DNA of 15,679 bases from an uncultured Oscillospiraceae bacterium (GTDB lineage Bacteria > Bacillota > Clostridia > Oscillospirales > Oscillospiraceae). A program made the translations under genes and the position numbers. The notes under the pieces were generated by a model. It did no database searches. It worked only from the letters and a program-made list of their open reading frames with translations, and was not told the origin of the DNA. Location: positions 1-15,679 of the forward strand of contig CAKSWA010000046.1 in the NCBI GenBank assembly GCA_934511165.1, given 5' to 3'. Positions 14,543 to 15,679 of the stretch are shown here, piece by piece (positions within the stretch are counted from its first letter, which is position 1; the number at the start of each line of letters is the position of its first letter).

Positions 14543-14962
14543 ATGGAAAGCACCCGGCGGCAAAGTAAAAAACGTGACGCGATCCGCGAGATACTGCTCG
14601 CGTCGTACGATCACCCGAGCGCGGAGGAGATCTACCGGCGGCTCAAGCCGGACATCCCGGATCTCTCGCTCGGCACGGTGTACCGCAATCTCGCGCTCTT
14701 CCGTGAGGAGGGCAAGGCGATGAGCGTTGCCACGGTCGCGGGGCAGGAGCGGTTCGACGGCCGGACGCACCCCCACGCGCACTTCATCTGCGAGAAGTGC
14801 GGCCGCGTGGACGATGTGGACGCGGTGCTGCCCGAAACGCTCGTCACCGGCGAAATGCCCGGCGAGGTTCGCTCCTGGGCGCTGACATTTTACGGCATCT
14901 GCCGCTGCTGCGCAGCGGACGATCATAAAGAAAACAACAAAGAAAACAAAGAGAAAAATTGA
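14543..14962 (+). CDS. perR: Fur-family transcriptional regulator, PerR-like (peroxide-responsive repressor), with an unusual K/N/E-rich C-terminal tail
   Basis: [38 protein letters not shown] and YGICRCC align with B. subtilis PerR blocks. AAGGAG lies 6 nt upstream. It precedes a rubrerythrin gene as in clostridial perR loci. Confidence 0.75.
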   Translation: MESTRRQSKKRDAIREILLASYDHPSAEEIYRRLKPDIPDLSLGTVYRNLALFREEGKAMSVATVAGQERFDGRTHPHAHFICEKCGRVDDVDAVLPETLVTGEMPGEVRSWALTFYGICRCCAADDHKENNKENKEKN

Positions 14963-14981
14963 TTTAATGGAGGATCTTATT

Positions 14982-15551
14982 ATGAAAAAGTGGGTTTGCC
15001 CGGTTTGCGGTTATGTTCATGAAGGCGAAGAGCCCCCGGCGGAGTGCCCGGTTTGCCATGTCCCCGGCAGCAAGTTCAAGCTGCAGGCGGAGGAAAAGAC
15101 CTGGGCGGCGGAGCATGTCGTCGGCGTCGGCAAGGTGTTCGGCGCGGACGTTCCCGCCGAGGTGCAGGAGGAGATCATCTCCGGTCTGCGCGCCAACTTT
15201 GAGGGCGAGTGCAGCGAGGTCGGCATGTATCTGGCCATGTCCCGCGTTGCGCACCGCGAGGGCTATCCGGAGATCGGCCTCTACTGGGAAAAGGCCGCGC
15301 TGGAAGAGGCCGAGCACGCCGCGAAGTTCGCCGAGCTCCTCGGCGAGGTTGTGACGACCTCCACGAAGAAGAATCTGGAGATGCGCGTTGACGCCGAGAA
15401 CGGCGCCACCGCCGGCAAGTTCGAGCTCGCGAAGCTCGCGAAGAAGTACAATCTCGACGCCATCCACGACACTGTGCACGAAATGGCCCGTGACGAGGCG
15501 CGTCACGGCAAGGCATTCGAGGGTCTGCTGAACCGCTACTTCGGCAAGTAA
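14982..15551 (+). CDS. Reverse rubrerythrin (N-terminal rubredoxin-like Cys4 domain plus C-terminal ferritin-like diiron domain)
   Basis: It has CPVCGY...CPVCHV, then the diiron ligand motifs EEAEHAAKF and [14 protein letters not shown] lies 8 nt upstream of the ATG at 14982. The track start at 14967 sits on top of the SD. It is 19 nt after perR, so it is likely co-transcribed. Confidence 0.8.
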   Translation: MKKWVCPVCGYVHEGEEPPAECPVCHVPGSKFKLQAEEKTWAAEHVVGVGKVFGADVPAEVQEEIISGLRANFEGECSEVGMYLAMSRVAHREGYPEIGLYWEKAALEEAEHAAKFAELLGEVVTTSTKKNLEMRVDAENGATAGKFELAKLAKKYNLDAIHDTVHEMARDEARHGKAFEGLLNRYFGK

Positions 15552-15574
15552 TTCAGCCTAAAATAAGCCTTTTG

Positions 15575-15606
15575 GAGAGGAAGCAGGAACAAACCTGCTT
15601 CCTCTC
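15575..15606 (+). terminator. Probable terminator hairpin after the rubrerythrin gene (13-bp stem, no clean U-tract)
   Basis: GAGAGGAAGCAGG-AACAAA-CCTGCTTCCTCTC. A second small GC hairpin (TTTGCGCC-CGCA-GGCGCAAA) follows at about 15631..15651. Confidence 0.35.
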
Positions 15607-15679
15607 AGACTGTCAAAAAAGCCTCGCAGAGTTTGCGCCCGCAGGCGCAAATAGAGTATCAATCATTTTCTCCGGCGAC

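Noticed and set aside
14513-15506. Minus-strand ORFs (137 aa, 180 aa) and several plus-strand Arg-rich ORFs over perR/rubrerythrin
   Set aside because: They are antisense or out of frame relative to two unmistakable genes (Fur-family and rubrerythrin motifs).
1-15679. Search for CRISPR arrays, tRNA or rRNA genes
   Set aside because: I found no regularly spaced direct repeats, no cloverleaf-compatible segments with conserved T-loop or anticodon features, and no rRNA-like conserved stretches by eye.

Overview
The window is a three-part compositional mosaic, judged by eye rather than computed. Block A (1..7292) is GC-rich and bracketed by a perfect 76-bp inverted repeat (1..76 / 7217..7292), with each copy carrying a 15-bp-stem hairpin plus T-run. 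It encodes, on the minus strand, a PHP-family phosphoesterase and a DUF805 membrane protein with a G/Y/Q/N-rich tail. On the plus strand it encodes a SulP/STAS anion permease followed by an operon of two tiny ORFs, a YdjI-like SPFH (band-7) protein, a polyproline micro-ORF and a large PcfJ-like protein. A zinc-ribbon/TPR/transmembrane protein runs convergent to that operon. Block B (7293 to about 13080) is clearly AT-richer. It starts 1 nt after the right repeat with a 59-aa HTH fragment and carries a transporter, an M20D amidohydrolase and a LysR regulator. It also holds a DUF554 N-terminal remnant and a decayed IS5/IS1182-type transposase gene (N-truncated and frameshifted). The block ends inside an open reading frame where a Crp/Fnr-like fragment is fused in frame to the C-terminal two-thirds of a GNAT. 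Block C (about 13080..15679) is GC-rich again. It has a second mosaic ORF (GNAT-like N-terminus joined to a DUF5131-like C-terminus) coupled by an ATGCATGA overlap to a 175-aa minimal kinase-like protein. After a clean terminator comes a textbook sigma-A promoter with a perfect 7-1-7 Fur-family palindrome, driving a PerR-like regulator plus reverse rubrerythrin operon. I saw no rRNA, tRNA or CRISPR array. Signals worth a second look are the inverted-repeat-bounded 7.2-kb module, the SPFH/PcfJ-like/micro-ORF operon, and the in-frame gene-fusion scars that coincide with compositional junctions. Family assignments are from motif recall only, and no database search was possible.
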